Assembly (NCBI GenBank): GCA_016719105.1
Contig: JADKAQ010000046.1
Span: forward strand, 518,272 to 582,271
Direction of reading: 5' to 3'
Length of the DNA: 64,000 nt
DNA from: Gemmatimonadota bacterium
GTDB lineage: Bacteria > Gemmatimonadota > Gemmatimonadetes > Gemmatimonadales > Gemmatimonadaceae
In this document: positions 10,145-22,484 of the stretch, piece by piece
Numbering within the stretch: the stretch's first letter is position 1
Layout: every line of letters starts with the position of its first letter
The notes under the pieces: generated by a model
Told to the model about the DNA's origin: nothing
Seen by the model: only the letters and a program-made list of their open reading frames with translations
Databases searched by the model: none
Translations under genes and position numbers: made by a program

Positions 10145-12248
10145 CGACCAGGCTCCAGGTCGCGGGGAGCGACCAGTGCGGCATCGGGCGGCCAAAGAGG
10201 AATCCCTGTGCAGAATGGCATCCGGCGGCTTTCGCCGCATCGAGCTGTCCCATCGTCTCCACTCCGTCGGCAATGACGCGAATATCCAGCTGGTTGCCAA
10301 GCGCGACGATCGATCGCACGATCGCCGCGCTCTCCTCATCGTCAGGCGCTGCGGAGACAAAGGTCCGCGACACCTTCAGTGAATCGACGCCGAAGCGCGA
10401 GAGGTACTCCTTCGACGTGAAACCGGCACCAAACCCCTTGACCGTCAGGCGGCAACCACAGTGTTTCAGCTCCTGGAGCGCCAGGTGCAAGCGCACCGAA
10501 TCCCGCATGAGGATCTGTTCGGTGATCAGGAGTTCCAGCGCCTGCGGGGGAATGTCCAGCTCGCCCAGCATCGCCATCACGCTGTCGGCCAATCCGGGTT
10601 CCTCGACCTGGGCGCGCGAGAGATTGACCGCCAGCCGCAACTCGGGGTGGGCGGTGCCGCGCCACTCCGCGAGGCGGCGCGTGGCCTCGCGAATCGCCCA
10701 GTGCCCGACCGCCACCATCCCCCCCGCTTCCTCCAGCATCGGGACGAACACCGAGGGGGAGACGACCTCATCACCGCGATTCCACCGCAGGAGCAGCTCG
10801 AAGGCCTCCAACTGGTAGCCCTCCATCGAGACCTGCGGCTGGAACTGCAGCCCGAACTCGCCCCGCCGCAGCGCCACGTTGAGGTCGGCCGCGAGCGCCG
10901 AGCGGATGAGGGCCTGCTCCCCCGTCGTGACGTCGTAGAAGGCGTACCGATTGCGCCCGCGCCGCTTGGCCTGGTACAGCGCGCGGTCGGCGCACTTGAC
11001 CAACTCGGCAATCGACAGCGCGGCGTCGGGATAGAGCGCGACCCCGATGCTGCACGTCACCTGCACGGTGCGCCCCCCTAGGTCGATCGCCGGCTCCAGC
11101 GAGTGCATGATGCGGCGCGCCACATCCTCCGCCTCGGACGAGGAGGCGAGGTCGTCGGCGAGAACGGCGAACTCGTCGCCCCCCATGCGCGCGACCGTAT
11201 CGTAGTCGCGCACCGAGCGATGCAACCGGCGCCCGACCTGCTCCAGGAGGACATCTCCCACGTCGTGGCCGAAGGCGTCGTTGATGGTCTTGAACCGGTC
11301 GACGTCGATGTACATCACGGCGAAGTGGTTGCCGCGACGACGCGCGCGCGTGAGCGCCTGCGTCACCCGTTCCTGAAAGGTGCCGCGGTTGGCCAGCCCG
11401 GTGAGTTGATCGTAGTGTGCGAGCTGCATCAGGCGCCGCTCCGCGCGCTTGCGCTCGCGCGCATGCCGCACGGTGCGCTGGACCATCGCCGAGGTCAGCG
11501 TCCCCTTCACGAGGTAGTCCTGCGCGCCCAGTTCGACCACCTGCTGGGCGAGCGAGTCGTCCGACACCCCGCTCACCACCACGATCGCCGTGTTGGGTGC
11601 CGCCGCCTGCAACCGGGTGATGGCGTCGAAGCCGCGGGCGTCGGGGAGCGTGAGGTCGGTGAGGATGATCTCGTAGCTCGCCTCGTGCGCCCGCTCCATC
11701 GCCTCCTTGAGCCGAGTCACGCGCGTGAAGCTGCTCGCGGGGTACTCGGCGGCGAGCAGCGCCACCAGCAGGTCGGCGTCGGCGTCGTTGTCCTCGACCA
11801 TCAGGATGGCAGGGGCGGGGGCGCCGTTCCCGTTGCCGCTGGCGGTCGCCTCGTGCCCCTTGCGTTGCGCGTTGAGCTGGAAGGCGCGCGCCAGGGTCGA
11901 CCTGAGTTCATCGTCGTCCCACGGCTTGCCCATGACCGAGGCAATCGCCCCGTCGGCCTGCCGTGACGAACGCAGGTCGACGTTCGGGAGCCCGGTGACG
12001 ATCACGAATGCGGTCGACGGCGTGAGGGGGCTGAGCCGTTCGACCAGAGTGAGGCCATCGAGCCCTGGCATGCGGAGGTCGGTGACGATGACCGCGTAGT
12101 AGCGGGTGCGGGCGAGGCGGAAGGCCTCTTCCCCAGATCCGGCGACGTCGGCCTCGTAGCCGAGGCGTCCGACCGCGCGCGCGAACGCCACGCCGACATC
12201 GGGTTCGTCGTCGACGTAGAGAATGCGATTGGCTGGATCACTCATCAT
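10128..12248 (-). CDS. REC-REC-GGDEF-EAL c-di-GMP turnover protein
   Basis: Start ATGATG at 12243-12248. Two receiver domains (ILYVDDEPDV...VTDLRMPGLDG; ILMVEDNDADADL...ILTDLTLPDARG), GGDEF site RMGGDEFAVL, and EAL domain blocks (FELLLRW, DSLKVSRTF, ADGVETMGQ). Confidence 0.9.
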   Translation of the reverse strand: MMSDPANRILYVDDEPDVGVAFARAVGRLGYEADVAGSGEEAFRLARTRYYAVIVTDLRMPGLDGLTLVERLSPLTPSTAFVIVTGLPNVDLRSSRQADGAIASVMGKPWDDDELRSTLARAFQLNAQRKGHEATASGNGNGAPAPAILMVEDNDADADLLVALLAAEYPASSFTRVTRLKEAMERAHEASYEIILTDLTLPDARGFDAITRLQAAAPNTAIVVVSGVSDDSLAQQVVELGAQDYLVKGTLTSAMVQRTVRHARERKRAERRLMQLAHYDQLTGLANRGTFQERVTQALTRARRRGNHFAVMYIDVDRFKTINDAFGHDVGDVLLEQVGRRLHRSVRDYDTVARMGGDEFAVLADDLASSSEAEDVARRIMHSLEPAIDLGGRTVQVTCSIGVALYPDAALSIAELVKCADRALYQAKRRGRNRYAFYDVTTGEQALIRSALAADLNVALRRGEFGLQFQPQVSMEGYQLEAFELLLRWNRGDEVVSPSVFVPMLEEAGGMVAVGHWAIREATRRLAEWRGTAHPELRLAVNLSRAQVEEPGLADSVMAMLGELDIPPQALELLITEQILMRDSVRLHLALQELKHCGCRLTVKGFGAGFTSKEYLSRFGVDSLKVSRTFVSAAPDDEESAAIVRSIVALGNQLDIRVIADGVETMGQLDAAKAAGCHSAQGFLFGRPMPHWSLPATWSLVDDRSA

Positions 12249-12301
12249 CGTGCCACCATCCCCTTGCGGCTCTGCGCTGCGTGCGGTCTGCACCCGGCGG
12301 C

Positions 12302-14632
<2,331 letters not shown>

Positions 14633-15265
14633 CGACGAAGCCCTCCCCTCGGGGCCGGCGCGCGACGCCGGGCGCGCGCACGGCGCGCGACGCGCCCGTG
14701 CGGCGCATCGCTCAAGGCGTCGTTCGATGTCGGCGTGCCACGTGCGTGCATATCGCCAGACTCGCGACTTGTGAGGGAAACGAACTCGGAGGCGCCGTGC
14801 GACCCGGGTGCGTCCTGTCCGTCGGAGAAGCTGCGCACCGGTTGTCGGCGAATCCGAGCAACCTCGTGCGGAACACAAATAGTCGGAATTACGCGTTAGG
14901 TGTCAATGATGCACTCCGCCACCGGATTAACGGCCGCTCAGGAAGCGCTTTCACAGGGGGGGGCGCATCGCCGAGTTTGCATCTCGGTCCTACTCGAACG
15001 GGTGGGGACGTGTCGCGTGCACCTGACGCCCGTTAGGTGCAAGCGGGAGGGGACGATGGGGCACACGTCGTGGTAACACCTCAGCAACAGCTCCGCCTCG
15101 AACCAGTGGCCGCGCATGTTGCAGGTGACGGGGTGGCAGGTGCGGAAATCCCGTTATGCGATACACCGCTTTTGTAGTTTCCCGGCGTCTTCGCCCCGAC
15201 TCGTCAACTCGCCGAGCGCCGGGACGCCCCTGGGGGGGTCAGGGAGCGTCGCAGTGGTACGGCCA

Positions 15266-16690
15266 CTACCGAGGCGGCGGCACCGGCGTCCGAAAGCCGC
15301 GCGCCCCCCCTGCCCACTCCACCGCGAGTCCGCGCGCACGGAGTCGCGCGATCAGCGCGTCGTGCTCGACCTGATAGGGGAGTGCGCCGTACACCGGCGA
15401 ATACAGCCAGCGATGGGCGGGTGAGTAGACCGCGAGCGCCCCGGGGGTATCGGGGAGGTCGATGGGTTCGAGCCATAACGAGTCGCTCCCGATCCTCACC
15501 CAGCGACTCGTCGTCACCGGTGTGGCCCTGGACCAGCGCGCGGTGCCGACGATCTGCCGCAGCATGCGCGTGGCCCCGCGGGCGGTGTAGAGCGGGAGTC
15601 GCTCGTCGACAAACCAGCGGGCGCCGCCGTTCCCTGTCGAGGTGCGCGCCGCGATCCCCGCGGCCACCGGGGCCCCGGTTCTTCGGGCGAGCCACTCGGC
15701 GGCGTTCCGCGCGGCCCCCGCCGCCTGCCCCGTCTCGATGAGGACCCACTTCCCGCCCACCTTCAGCGCGCCGGCGGCCCCGATCCAGGGAGAGAACGAC
15801 GCGAAGGCATCGCTTTCGATCTTCGTCGAGTCGAGCGGCACCGCCCACATGGGGCGACGCTCGCTCAAGAGGAATCGCTGCACGACCGAATCGGCGATGG
15901 CGAACGAGTCGGCCGGCGCCGGTGCATTGATCGTGATGGCGAGCGATGTCATGCGCTTGTAGGGGCGCCCCACGCGTCGCACGTCGCGCTGCCGAGGGTA
16001 CAGGATCCCCGGCGCAACGCGCCCCCAGGCGGAGTACCAGATCTCCACTTCCTGCTCGCCCCAGGGGGCGAGGCCGAAGTCATTGGTTTCGTCGGCGACG
16101 AAACGGACCATGGCCGGCAGTCCATCGGTGGAGCGCATGAACCAGATGGCGGGGAAGCCGTCGACCGTGGTGGCGATGCGGGCGTGGATGACACCGTCGA
16201 TGGTCGTGTCGGCGAGGGTGCGCAGCCCGCCGGCGTCGCGCGCCAGGAGCAGCATGCGTTCGGGGGCGAAGGCGAAGAGCTCCCGGCGCTCGTCGACGTA
16301 GGCGATGTTGAGTGGCTGGATCTGCTGCTGGTTGTTGGGCCCGGTCGCGGTGCGCCCGCCGACGGTATCGCGCACGATGTCGACGCTGGAGCCGCTGCCG
16401 GGGAGGAAGGTGCGCGTGTTGCGCCACGCGTTGGTGGTGTAGTCGCGCAGGTCGACGTGGCGTTCGTACGACGGGGCGTCGGCATACGGGTGGTCCCCGA
16501 AGGCGGTGCGTTGCCAGCTCGTCATCACATCCTGACGCAGCGACGTGATGGCTCGGAGCGCCGGCTCGCCCCCCATGCGAGTGACGGCGCGTTCGATGAG
16601 GGCGACGGCGCGTGGGGCGTTGGGGCGGGGCTGCGCGGCGACGGAGGAGGCGATGGACGTCAGCGCGAGAAGCGGGGCGATGCAGCGCAT
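15266..16690 (-). CDS. secreted hypothetical protein
   Basis: Start ATG 16688-16690 gives the signal peptide MRCIAPLLALTSIASSVAAQ. 474 aa with normal composition and no motif I can name. Confidence 0.55.
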   Translation of the reverse strand: MRCIAPLLALTSIASSVAAQPRPNAPRAVALIERAVTRMGGEPALRAITSLRQDVMTSWQRTAFGDHPYADAPSYERHVDLRDYTTNAWRNTRTFLPGSGSSVDIVRDTVGGRTATGPNNQQQIQPLNIAYVDERRELFAFAPERMLLLARDAGGLRTLADTTIDGVIHARIATTVDGFPAIWFMRSTDGLPAMVRFVADETNDFGLAPWGEQEVEIWYSAWGRVAPGILYPRQRDVRRVGRPYKRMTSLAITINAPAPADSFAIADSVVQRFLLSERRPMWAVPLDSTKIESDAFASFSPWIGAAGALKVGGKWVLIETGQAAGAARNAAEWLARRTGAPVAAGIAARTSTGNGGARWFVDERLPLYTARGATRMLRQIVGTARWSRATPVTTSRWVRIGSDSLWLEPIDLPDTPGALAVYSPAHRWLYSPVYGALPYQVEHDALIARLRARGLAVEWAGGARGFRTPVPPPR

Positions 16691-16980
16691 GCGTGGCGGG
16701 TGAGAGGTGCACGCTGTACCGCGGCGGCGGCGATCGAGTTTCGCGGGGCGATGAGTGGTGTGAGGTCGGGGGTGCGTCGATGGGGGGAGGGGACGAAGCG
16801 ATGGGCGGGCGACCGGCGATGGGGGCGCGGTGACGGCGTTGCGCCTACGCTCTGTGCGCCCCCCGCGCTCTGTCAGCGGGCCATTGTAGACTTTCGTGCT
16901 TGAGGCACTCGCCATATGCTCGTAGAACGCGCTACGGGCGCTCGCGTGTCTTCGACACTGGGGAACGGAGGGGTGGAAGC

Positions 16981-17538
16981 ATGAGGCGTTTACTGAGCAG
17001 TGCACTCGCGACGATCGCGCTACTCGCGCTTCCGCTGGGTGCGAGCGAAGCGCAGCGGCAGTTTCCGTCTCAGAACCCATGGTTCGTCGACATGGTGGAA
17101 CCCAAGACGATCACGTGGTACCGCGGATGCGCGCGCGTGCATTCGAACACGCTCTTCTGCGACTTCGTCGCCACCGCGCAGGTTCTGGGCGGGACGCCCG
17201 GGTACCCCGCCCCCTATACGATCTTCTTTTCGGTCATGCCAACGGACCGGCTGACCTACTACGACATGTGGTCGTGGACGACCCCCAAGGTGCCGGACTG
17301 CAGCGGGGCAGACGACAGCTACTGGATTCCCGCGAGGTGCTCCAAATACATGAAGCGGATGACGATTGGCGGTTCCCTGGATTGGTGGGGCGAAGGGGGC
17401 GAGTACCACCGACGTCGCATTCTCTTCCACTCCATCTCGACACCGGAACCCGCCTCCATGGCCTTGCTCGCGACCGGGCTGCTCGCCATCGGCGGCGGTG
17501 CGCTCCGGCGCCGGCGGCGTATACGTGATGCGGCGTAA
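16981..17538 (+). CDS. PEP-CTERM sorting-domain protein
   Basis: ATG 16981 preceded by GGAGGGG. Signal peptide MRRLLSSALATIALLALPLGASEA. C-terminus [26 protein letters not shown] is a textbook PEP-CTERM anchor (PEP, TM helix, Arg cluster). Confidence 0.8.
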   Translation: MRRLLSSALATIALLALPLGASEAQRQFPSQNPWFVDMVEPKTITWYRGCARVHSNTLFCDFVATAQVLGGTPGYPAPYTIFFSVMPTDRLTYYDMWSWTTPKVPDCSGADDSYWIPARCSKYMKRMTIGGSLDWWGEGGEYHRRRILFHSISTPEPASMALLATGLLAIGGGALRRRRRIRDAA

Positions 17539-17556
17539 GGCAGGGGCGCGAAGTCC

Positions 17557-18075
17557 ATGAGGCGACTGACACCATCGCGCTGCGCATCAACGGCGTCACG
17601 GCTCGTGGTGACCTGCGTCATCGCGGCGAGCGCCTGCCGCGCCGGCGAGCCGAAGTCGGGGCGCAGCGCGGACAGAGCCGCACACGCCGACTCAACGCCT
17701 GACAGCGCACCTCCGTCAGTCGCAACGGCCGCCGACACATCCCTCGCCACCTTCTGGACGCACTTTCGTGCGGCAGTGTCCGCACGCGACACCGCCGCCA
17801 TCCTCGCCCTCACCGATCGCGCCTTCGCAACCCGCGGCGAGATGGACTCCGACCCGTGGATTCCCCGCGATTCGGCCGGCGTGGTGACCATTCTCGACTC
17901 GCTGCTGACCACAGACCCTGGAATCGGGAGAGAGTCGACGATGTTGGCCATGGTCGCGGCCAGGAGCGCGAGCGAGGTCACACGCGACGTCGTCGCGGGC
18001 GAACTCCGCGTCGGGAGTTTCGTTTTCGCCATGCGCGGAGAGCGCTGGCGTTTCGTGAGGGCCTACCTGCCGTGA
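17557..18075 (+). CDS. hypothetical lipoprotein
   Basis: 172-aa ORF with lipobox-like VIAASAC. No recognisable domain. Confidence 0.45.
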   Translation: MRRLTPSRCASTASRLVVTCVIAASACRAGEPKSGRSADRAAHADSTPDSAPPSVATAADTSLATFWTHFRAAVSARDTAAILALTDRAFATRGEMDSDPWIPRDSAGVVTILDSLLTTDPGIGRESTMLAMVAARSASEVTRDVVAGELRVGSFVFAMRGERWRFVRAYLP

Positions 18076-18399
18076 CCGTCGATTGGCGTTAGGCGTTCAT
18101 TCGTGGTTGCCCGGGCGCTTCTGACGGGGGCGCGGGGCACGGAGGGGACGGACGAGACCTGCGGGCGGCTCGGTCACTGGCGCGCCCGCGCCGCGCTCTC
18201 CTCCGTGCTCTCCGTGTTAAGGTCGATCTGGCGGGAGTCGCACGATTTAGTCATGGTGTGTTGTGGCGAGTCATGTACCGCCGCGTGGACCGTTGTCGAA
18301 GTCGCATCCGGTCATGGGTAGTCGCGGGGACCGAACGTAGTCTTGCCGAATGACAAGCGGCGAGCGAGGATAGCGGTTCCTCTCGATGGGACAGTGCTC

Positions 18400-18951
18400 A
18401 TGCGTCACCCCCTCCATATCCTCGCAGGCTCCGTCGCGCTTGCCGCCTCGATCGCGTGCGCAACCGCGCCGCTCTCGGCGCAAGGCGCGTCCAAACCGGC
18501 CGATCCCAGCCTCGCGGCCATTCACGGCAACTGGAAGCAGGTGATCGGCTTCGTCACCGCTTCGGCCGAGGAGTTGTCCGAGGCCGACTACGCGTATCGG
18601 CCGGTGCCGACCGTGCGCAGCTTCGGCGAGTTGATCGGCCACGTGGCCGGTTCGCAGAACATGATCTGCGCGGCCGCACTCGGCGACAAGCAGCCCGCCG
18701 AGGATGCCGTGGAGAAGGCGGCGAAGACCAAGGCGGCGCTGGTGAAGGCGCTCAGGGAATCGAACGCATATTGCGAGAAGGCGTACGCGATTCCGGCATC
18801 GCAGGCGGGTATGTCGGTGGAGCTGTTCGGCGCGCCGTCAACGCGGGCGGGGGCGCTGGCGCTCAACGCCGTGCATGACGGGGAGCACTACGGGAACATC
18901 ATCACCTACATGCGCATGAAGGGGATGGTGCCGCCGTCGAGCCGGCGGTAG
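18400..18951 (+). CDS. DinB-family (four-helix bundle, metal-binding) protein, secreted
   Basis: Start ATG 18400 (MRHPLHILAGSVALAASIAC). Conserved His pattern HVAGSQNM ... HDGEHYGNIITYMR is typical of the DinB/YfiT superfamily. Confidence 0.75.
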   Translation: MRHPLHILAGSVALAASIACATAPLSAQGASKPADPSLAAIHGNWKQVIGFVTASAEELSEADYAYRPVPTVRSFGELIGHVAGSQNMICAAALGDKQPAEDAVEKAAKTKAALVKALRESNAYCEKAYAIPASQAGMSVELFGAPSTRAGALALNAVHDGEHYGNIITYMRMKGMVPPSSRR

Positions 18952-18967
18952 GCGGACGTCTTCGCGA

Positions 18968-19006
18968 GGAGCGCAGGCGCGTCACCTACGCGAGCACCTG
19001 CGCTCC
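18968..19006. terminator. 10-bp-stem hairpin between convergent genes
   Basis: GGAGCGCAGG (18968-18977) pairs with CCTGCGCTCC (18997-19006). It lies between the dinB-like stop (18951) and the vapC stop (18986) and has no U-tract. Confidence 0.35.
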
Positions 19007-19384
19007 TTCGAGTTTTCCGAGAGCGCGATCGAACGTCACGACTCGCAACGTGTCGCGATCGTAGTCGGCGTGGATGAGCCGATCGATGAATCCCGGCTGC
19101 GACTTCGCGACGCTTCGCGTGGATGCATCGGCGAGAACCGCGCGTGCGACACCGGTCGTTCGAAAGTGTGAATCACTGACGAGCGCGAGCAAGGTGCGCA
19201 CCGCATCGGCGTGCGGCACCTCGTAGTGATGCCGAAGCGCGAAGTACGTCTCGGCGATCACCAGGTCGGAGATGACGACTGGCGAAGGAGACGCCGCCAC
19301 GAACTCTCGGGCGGCGGTCGCCTGCTCAGTGGACACACCCGTGAGTAATCGCAGGGTGACGGAGGTGTCGAGTCCAGCGCTCAC
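18986..19384 (-). CDS. vapC: PIN-domain ribonuclease toxin (VapC-like)
   Basis: GTG start at 19382-19384 overlaps the antitoxin stop as GTGA. N-terminal LDTSV acidic motif, internal ISDLVIAETYF and C-terminal DRLIHADY are consistent with a PIN fold. 132 aa. Confidence 0.8.
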   Translation of the reverse strand: MSAGLDTSVTLRLLTGVSTEQATAAREFVAASPSPVVISDLVIAETYFALRHHYEVPHADAVRTLLALVSDSHFRTTGVARAVLADASTRSVAKSQPGFIDRLIHADYDRDTLRVVTFDRALGKLEGAQVLA

Positions 19385-19662
19385 GTCTTTCGCTCGCGGG
19401 CACGACCGCGCGCGACGCTGGCGCGTACGGCCTCCATGGAATGGTCCTCGACGGTGTTGCCGTATTTGGCGAGCGCACCGAACCAGCCGGGCTTCCACTC
19501 CTGCTGGGTTCCGGCGGATGCGCGAGCGCTCACGCTTTCCGGCGCGTCGAGGATGTAGCGCACCCCCTCGGCGACCAGCTCGCGGACCGTTCGCCCGCGA
19601 CGGGCGGCTTCCACCTTGAGGCGGCGATAGAGCGCTTCGTCGAAATCGATGGTCGCTTTCAT
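19381..19662 (-). CDS. vapB: ribbon-helix-helix type II antitoxin (VapB-like)
   Basis: MKATIDFDEALYRRLKVEAARRGRTVRELVAEGVRYIL is a typical RHH/CopG N-terminus. 93 aa, immediately upstream of the PIN gene. Confidence 0.75.
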   Translation of the reverse strand: MKATIDFDEALYRRLKVEAARRGRTVRELVAEGVRYILDAPESVSARASAGTQQEWKPGWFGALAKYGNTVEDHSMEAVRASVARGRARERKT

Positions 19663-19685
19663 GCTAGCAAGCTAGCAAGCTTGCT
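19663..19685 (-). promoter_or_regulatory. candidate operator of the vapBC pair
   Basis: Directly abuts the vapB ATG. GCTAGCAA GCTAGCAA GCTTGCT: two direct half-sites plus one inverted, including the perfect 12-bp palindrome AGCAAGCTTGCT (19674-19685). Confidence 0.45.
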
Positions 19686-19762
19686 TGTCGACATCAAGCC
19701 GAGGCCGCGATCGGCGCGCCTACCGCCCACCGTGAATCGCGTCACCGCGCTACCTTCCCCGC

Positions 19763-20134
19763 ATGGACCGACTCTTCCTCATCATCGCGGCCTTGTCCGG
19801 GGCCGTCAGCGTTGGCGCCGGGGCCTTTGGCGCGCACGCGCTTCGTGCGCGCCTCGAACCGCGCCTGCTCGAGGTGTTCCAGACCGGGGCGCAGTACCAG
19901 ATGTATCACGCGCTCGCGATGGTGGGCGTGGCGTGGGTGGCCAGCCGCTGGCCTGGGGCGTTGAGCACCGCGAGCGGCTGGCTGTTCGTGGCGGGGACGG
20001 TGCTCTTCTCCGGGTCGCTCTACGCGATGGCGCTCACCGGCGTGCGCGCGCTCGGCGCCATCACGCCGCTGGGTGGTGTGTGCTTCATCGCCGGCTGGGT
20101 GACGCTGGCGGTGGCGGTGATGCGCGAGCGCTGA
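19763..20134 (+). CDS. DUF423-family small membrane protein
   Basis: 123 aa with four hydrophobic helices. GAGAFGAHAL ... QYQMYHALA are hallmark blocks of the YgdD/DUF423 family. Confidence 0.8.
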   Translation: MDRLFLIIAALSGAVSVGAGAFGAHALRARLEPRLLEVFQTGAQYQMYHALAMVGVAWVASRWPGALSTASGWLFVAGTVLFSGSLYAMALTGVRALGAITPLGGVCFIAGWVTLAVAVMRER

Positions 20135-20162
20135 CGATGAGCGGCGTTAGGCGGCGCGGTAC

Positions 20163-20930
20163 CTAACCACCGATGAGCCCCATCGTCGTCCCCGAAGGGT
20201 CGGTGAAGTAGCCGAAGGTCGCCCTCCCCGGCATCGCCATCGGGTCGCCCAGTCGCTTGCCGCCGGCGGCATCGATCGCGGCGAGCGCGGCCGAGACGTT
20301 GGAGGAGTAGACGTAGGCGACGCCGCGCAGGGCGGGTGTGTGCGACTGGAATACGCCGGCGACGCCGGCGCCAGGGTCGAAGGTGAGGAACTGCGGCATC
20401 ATTGCCTGCGTCCCCCAGCCGAACTGCTCGCCGAAGAAGCGAGCGGCGACGTCGAGGTCGCCGGCGTGCATCTCGAGCGAGCAGACGGTCCCGTCAGGCG
20501 GCTTGGGTGCATCGCCGAAGGGGATCGGGATGCGCGGAATTGCGCCTGGCGGAAGGGCGTCCGCGAGCCCGTAGATCGTCCCGGCCGGATCGGTGACGCG
20601 TGCGAGTGTTCCCATCATCGGGACCGACCACGGTGCGCGTTCGACGCCCCCTCCGGCGTGCACCACGGCGTCCATGGTTGCGGCGACATTTCGAGTGCCG
20701 ATGAAGGGGACCATCCCCTGAAAGCCTTCGGGGTTGTTGGCGCGGAGCGTGACGACCGGTCCCGAGGTGAGCGCCGCCGTCGCGAGTTCCGGCGACAGCT
20801 TGTGGAGTTGCCAGCCAAAGACCGTGCTGTAGAAGGCCGACGAGGCGGCCAAGTCGTTGGCGGAGAGGACGATCATGAGGACCGGGTGTTCGCCCGTGCC
20901 TGGTGGAACCGCTGGCATTCCCGTGCCCAT
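20163..20930 (-). CDS. two-domain VOC (glyoxalase/bleomycin-resistance fold) protein
   Basis: Start ATG 20928-20930. Duplicated modules beginning FYSTVFGWQL and FFGEQFGWGT, each ending in a G-x-x-x-G-L-I/A-D-like strand. Confidence 0.75.
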   Translation of the reverse strand: MGTGMPAVPPGTGEHPVLMIVLSANDLAASSAFYSTVFGWQLHKLSPELATAALTSGPVVTLRANNPEGFQGMVPFIGTRNVAATMDAVVHAGGGVERAPWSVPMMGTLARVTDPAGTIYGLADALPPGAIPRIPIPFGDAPKPPDGTVCSLEMHAGDLDVAARFFGEQFGWGTQAMMPQFLTFDPGAGVAGVFQSHTPALRGVAYVYSSNVSAALAAIDAAGGKRLGDPMAMPGRATFGYFTDPSGTTMGLIGG

Positions 20931-21287
20931 CGTCGTGTCTCCCTTTGGTGGTTCCGCCTGATGGCCGTCACGGCGCTCGGCCCTAACGCCGTCGTACCGG
21001 TGGGGGCGTCTCGGCGCGCGGCTGATCTTACCGTCGGGCCGCCGTTCGTCAACACGACTCGTCCCCGACTCTTGCGCGCCGCACCCTTGCATCCCAGAGT
21101 TGTGGGACGGGCGACCATCCACGCCCAACCTCCATGGTCCCGCCCCAGCCGGGATCCCTAGCGGGAGGCAAAGGGGGAGACCCTCGGAGGGAGTCCGGAG
21201 TCCATAGCATCGCCACCGCAGGCTCGCTGGGGGAGTTTGTGCATGGCGCTTTCTATGGGACACATCCGATGACTCGGCATCGCTGAT

Positions 21288-22058
21288 TTGAAGCGCGTCG
21301 TTCGCGCTCGCGCCGCCCGCACGGGCGAATCGTACACCGCGGCCCGGGCCGCGCTCCTCAAGACGTCGACACGCCCCGCCCCCGCAACCCGCTCGACGGC
21401 GCTCGTCGACGCGCCGCCAGCTGCATACACGTCCGCGCCGAACGCTCCATCGTCCGCCACTGATGTGCAGACGCCGAGGCCCTCGGAGTACGCACGCCTT
21501 GCCGGGATGAGTGACGAGGCCCTCAAGGTGAAGTCGGGGTGTGGCTGGGAGAAGTGGGTGCACTCGCTCGACCACGTGAACGCCCGCGCGTGGCCGCATC
21601 GCGTGATCGCGCGGTATGTGCACGAGACGTACAAGCAGCCGTCGTGGTGGGCACAGACCATCGCCGTCGGCTACGAGCGGGTGCGCGGATTACGGGAGAC
21701 CGGGCAACGGCGCGATGGTCGTTTCGTGGTGAACAGGTCGCGCACCGTGGAGGCCGGAGTGGGGATGTTGTATCGCCTGGTGCGCGAGCCACGAGAGCGC
21801 GCCAAGTGGCTCCCTGGCGTGAGGGTGGCGTTGCGGTCGGAGCCCGTGGGGAAGGTGGTGCGTTTCACGCTCACCAAGGATGGGACGTCGCTCGAGGTGC
21901 GTTTGGAGAGCAAGGGGCGCGGGCGCGGCGTCATTGCCGTGCAACACGAGGGGATCGCGACCCGGGAGAAGGCCGAGCTGCTGCGCACGTGGTGGGGCGA
22001 GGTGCTGGACGCGCTCGTCCTGATGCTCGGCGCTCGTCGGGGCGCGCGACGACGTTAG
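21288..22058 (+). CDS. hypothetical protein
   Basis: 256-aa ORF beginning at TTG 21288 (start uncertain). Normal composition with conserved-looking block GWEKWVHSLD...WWAQTIAVGYERVRGLR. No family call from memory. Confidence 0.45.
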   Translation: MKRVVRARAARTGESYTAARAALLKTSTRPAPATRSTALVDAPPAAYTSAPNAPSSATDVQTPRPSEYARLAGMSDEALKVKSGCGWEKWVHSLDHVNARAWPHRVIARYVHETYKQPSWWAQTIAVGYERVRGLRETGQRRDGRFVVNRSRTVEAGVGMLYRLVREPRERAKWLPGVRVALRSEPVGKVVRFTLTKDGTSLEVRLESKGRGRGVIAVQHEGIATREKAELLRTWWGEVLDALVLMLGARRGARRR

Positions 22059-22103
22059 GCGGGCATCAGCGTCTGCGGCCGTCGCTCACGAGCGCCGTGG
22101 GCG

Positions 22104-22484
22104 TCAGGTGCCGAAGCCCAGTTGCTGCGCGACCTTGCGCTGCTGCGCGTCGAGCGTGAGGAAGGTGATCTCGGTGGGGTCGTTGGCGAGGTAGAGTGCG
22201 CAGGCGAGGTGCCAGCAGTCGGCGCTGCGTGTATAGCCCGCGTCCAGCACGCGCTGGATCTCCTCGCTCAGCGGACGCGCTGGGAGGATCCACTGCAGGT
22301 CGGCCAGATCGACCTCCTCGTGTGAAATGCCTTCGCGCAGCAACGCGCTTCGCACTTCGGCCTCGAGGAGCGTCGACGCGTACAACCGATCGAACCCCGA
22401 GAGGCGCTTCAGCAGGGGCGTGGCCGCTCGTTCGCCCAGCGATATCGCGACGACGCACGAGCTGTCGACGATTGCCGCCTTCAC
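22104..22484 (-). CDS. vapC: PIN-domain toxin (VapC-like)
   Basis: GTG 22482-22484 overlaps the antitoxin stop (GTGA). IVDSSCVVAI acidic N-motif, EAEVRSAL, D-C-W-H-L-A and LTLD are consistent with PIN catalytic residues. Confidence 0.8.
   Translation of the reverse strand: MKAAIVDSSCVVAISLGERAATPLLKRLSGFDRLYASTLLEAEVRSALLREGISHEEVDLADLQWILPARPLSEEIQRVLDAGYTRSADCWHLACALYLANDPTEITFLTLDAQQRKVAQQLGFGT

Noticed and set aside
14633-15265. Possible small RNA or gene in the 630-bp region upstream of the PAS-kinase operon
   Set aside because: It contains only short ORFs with poor composition, and I could not verify any structure. It is noted only as a long leader/promoter region.
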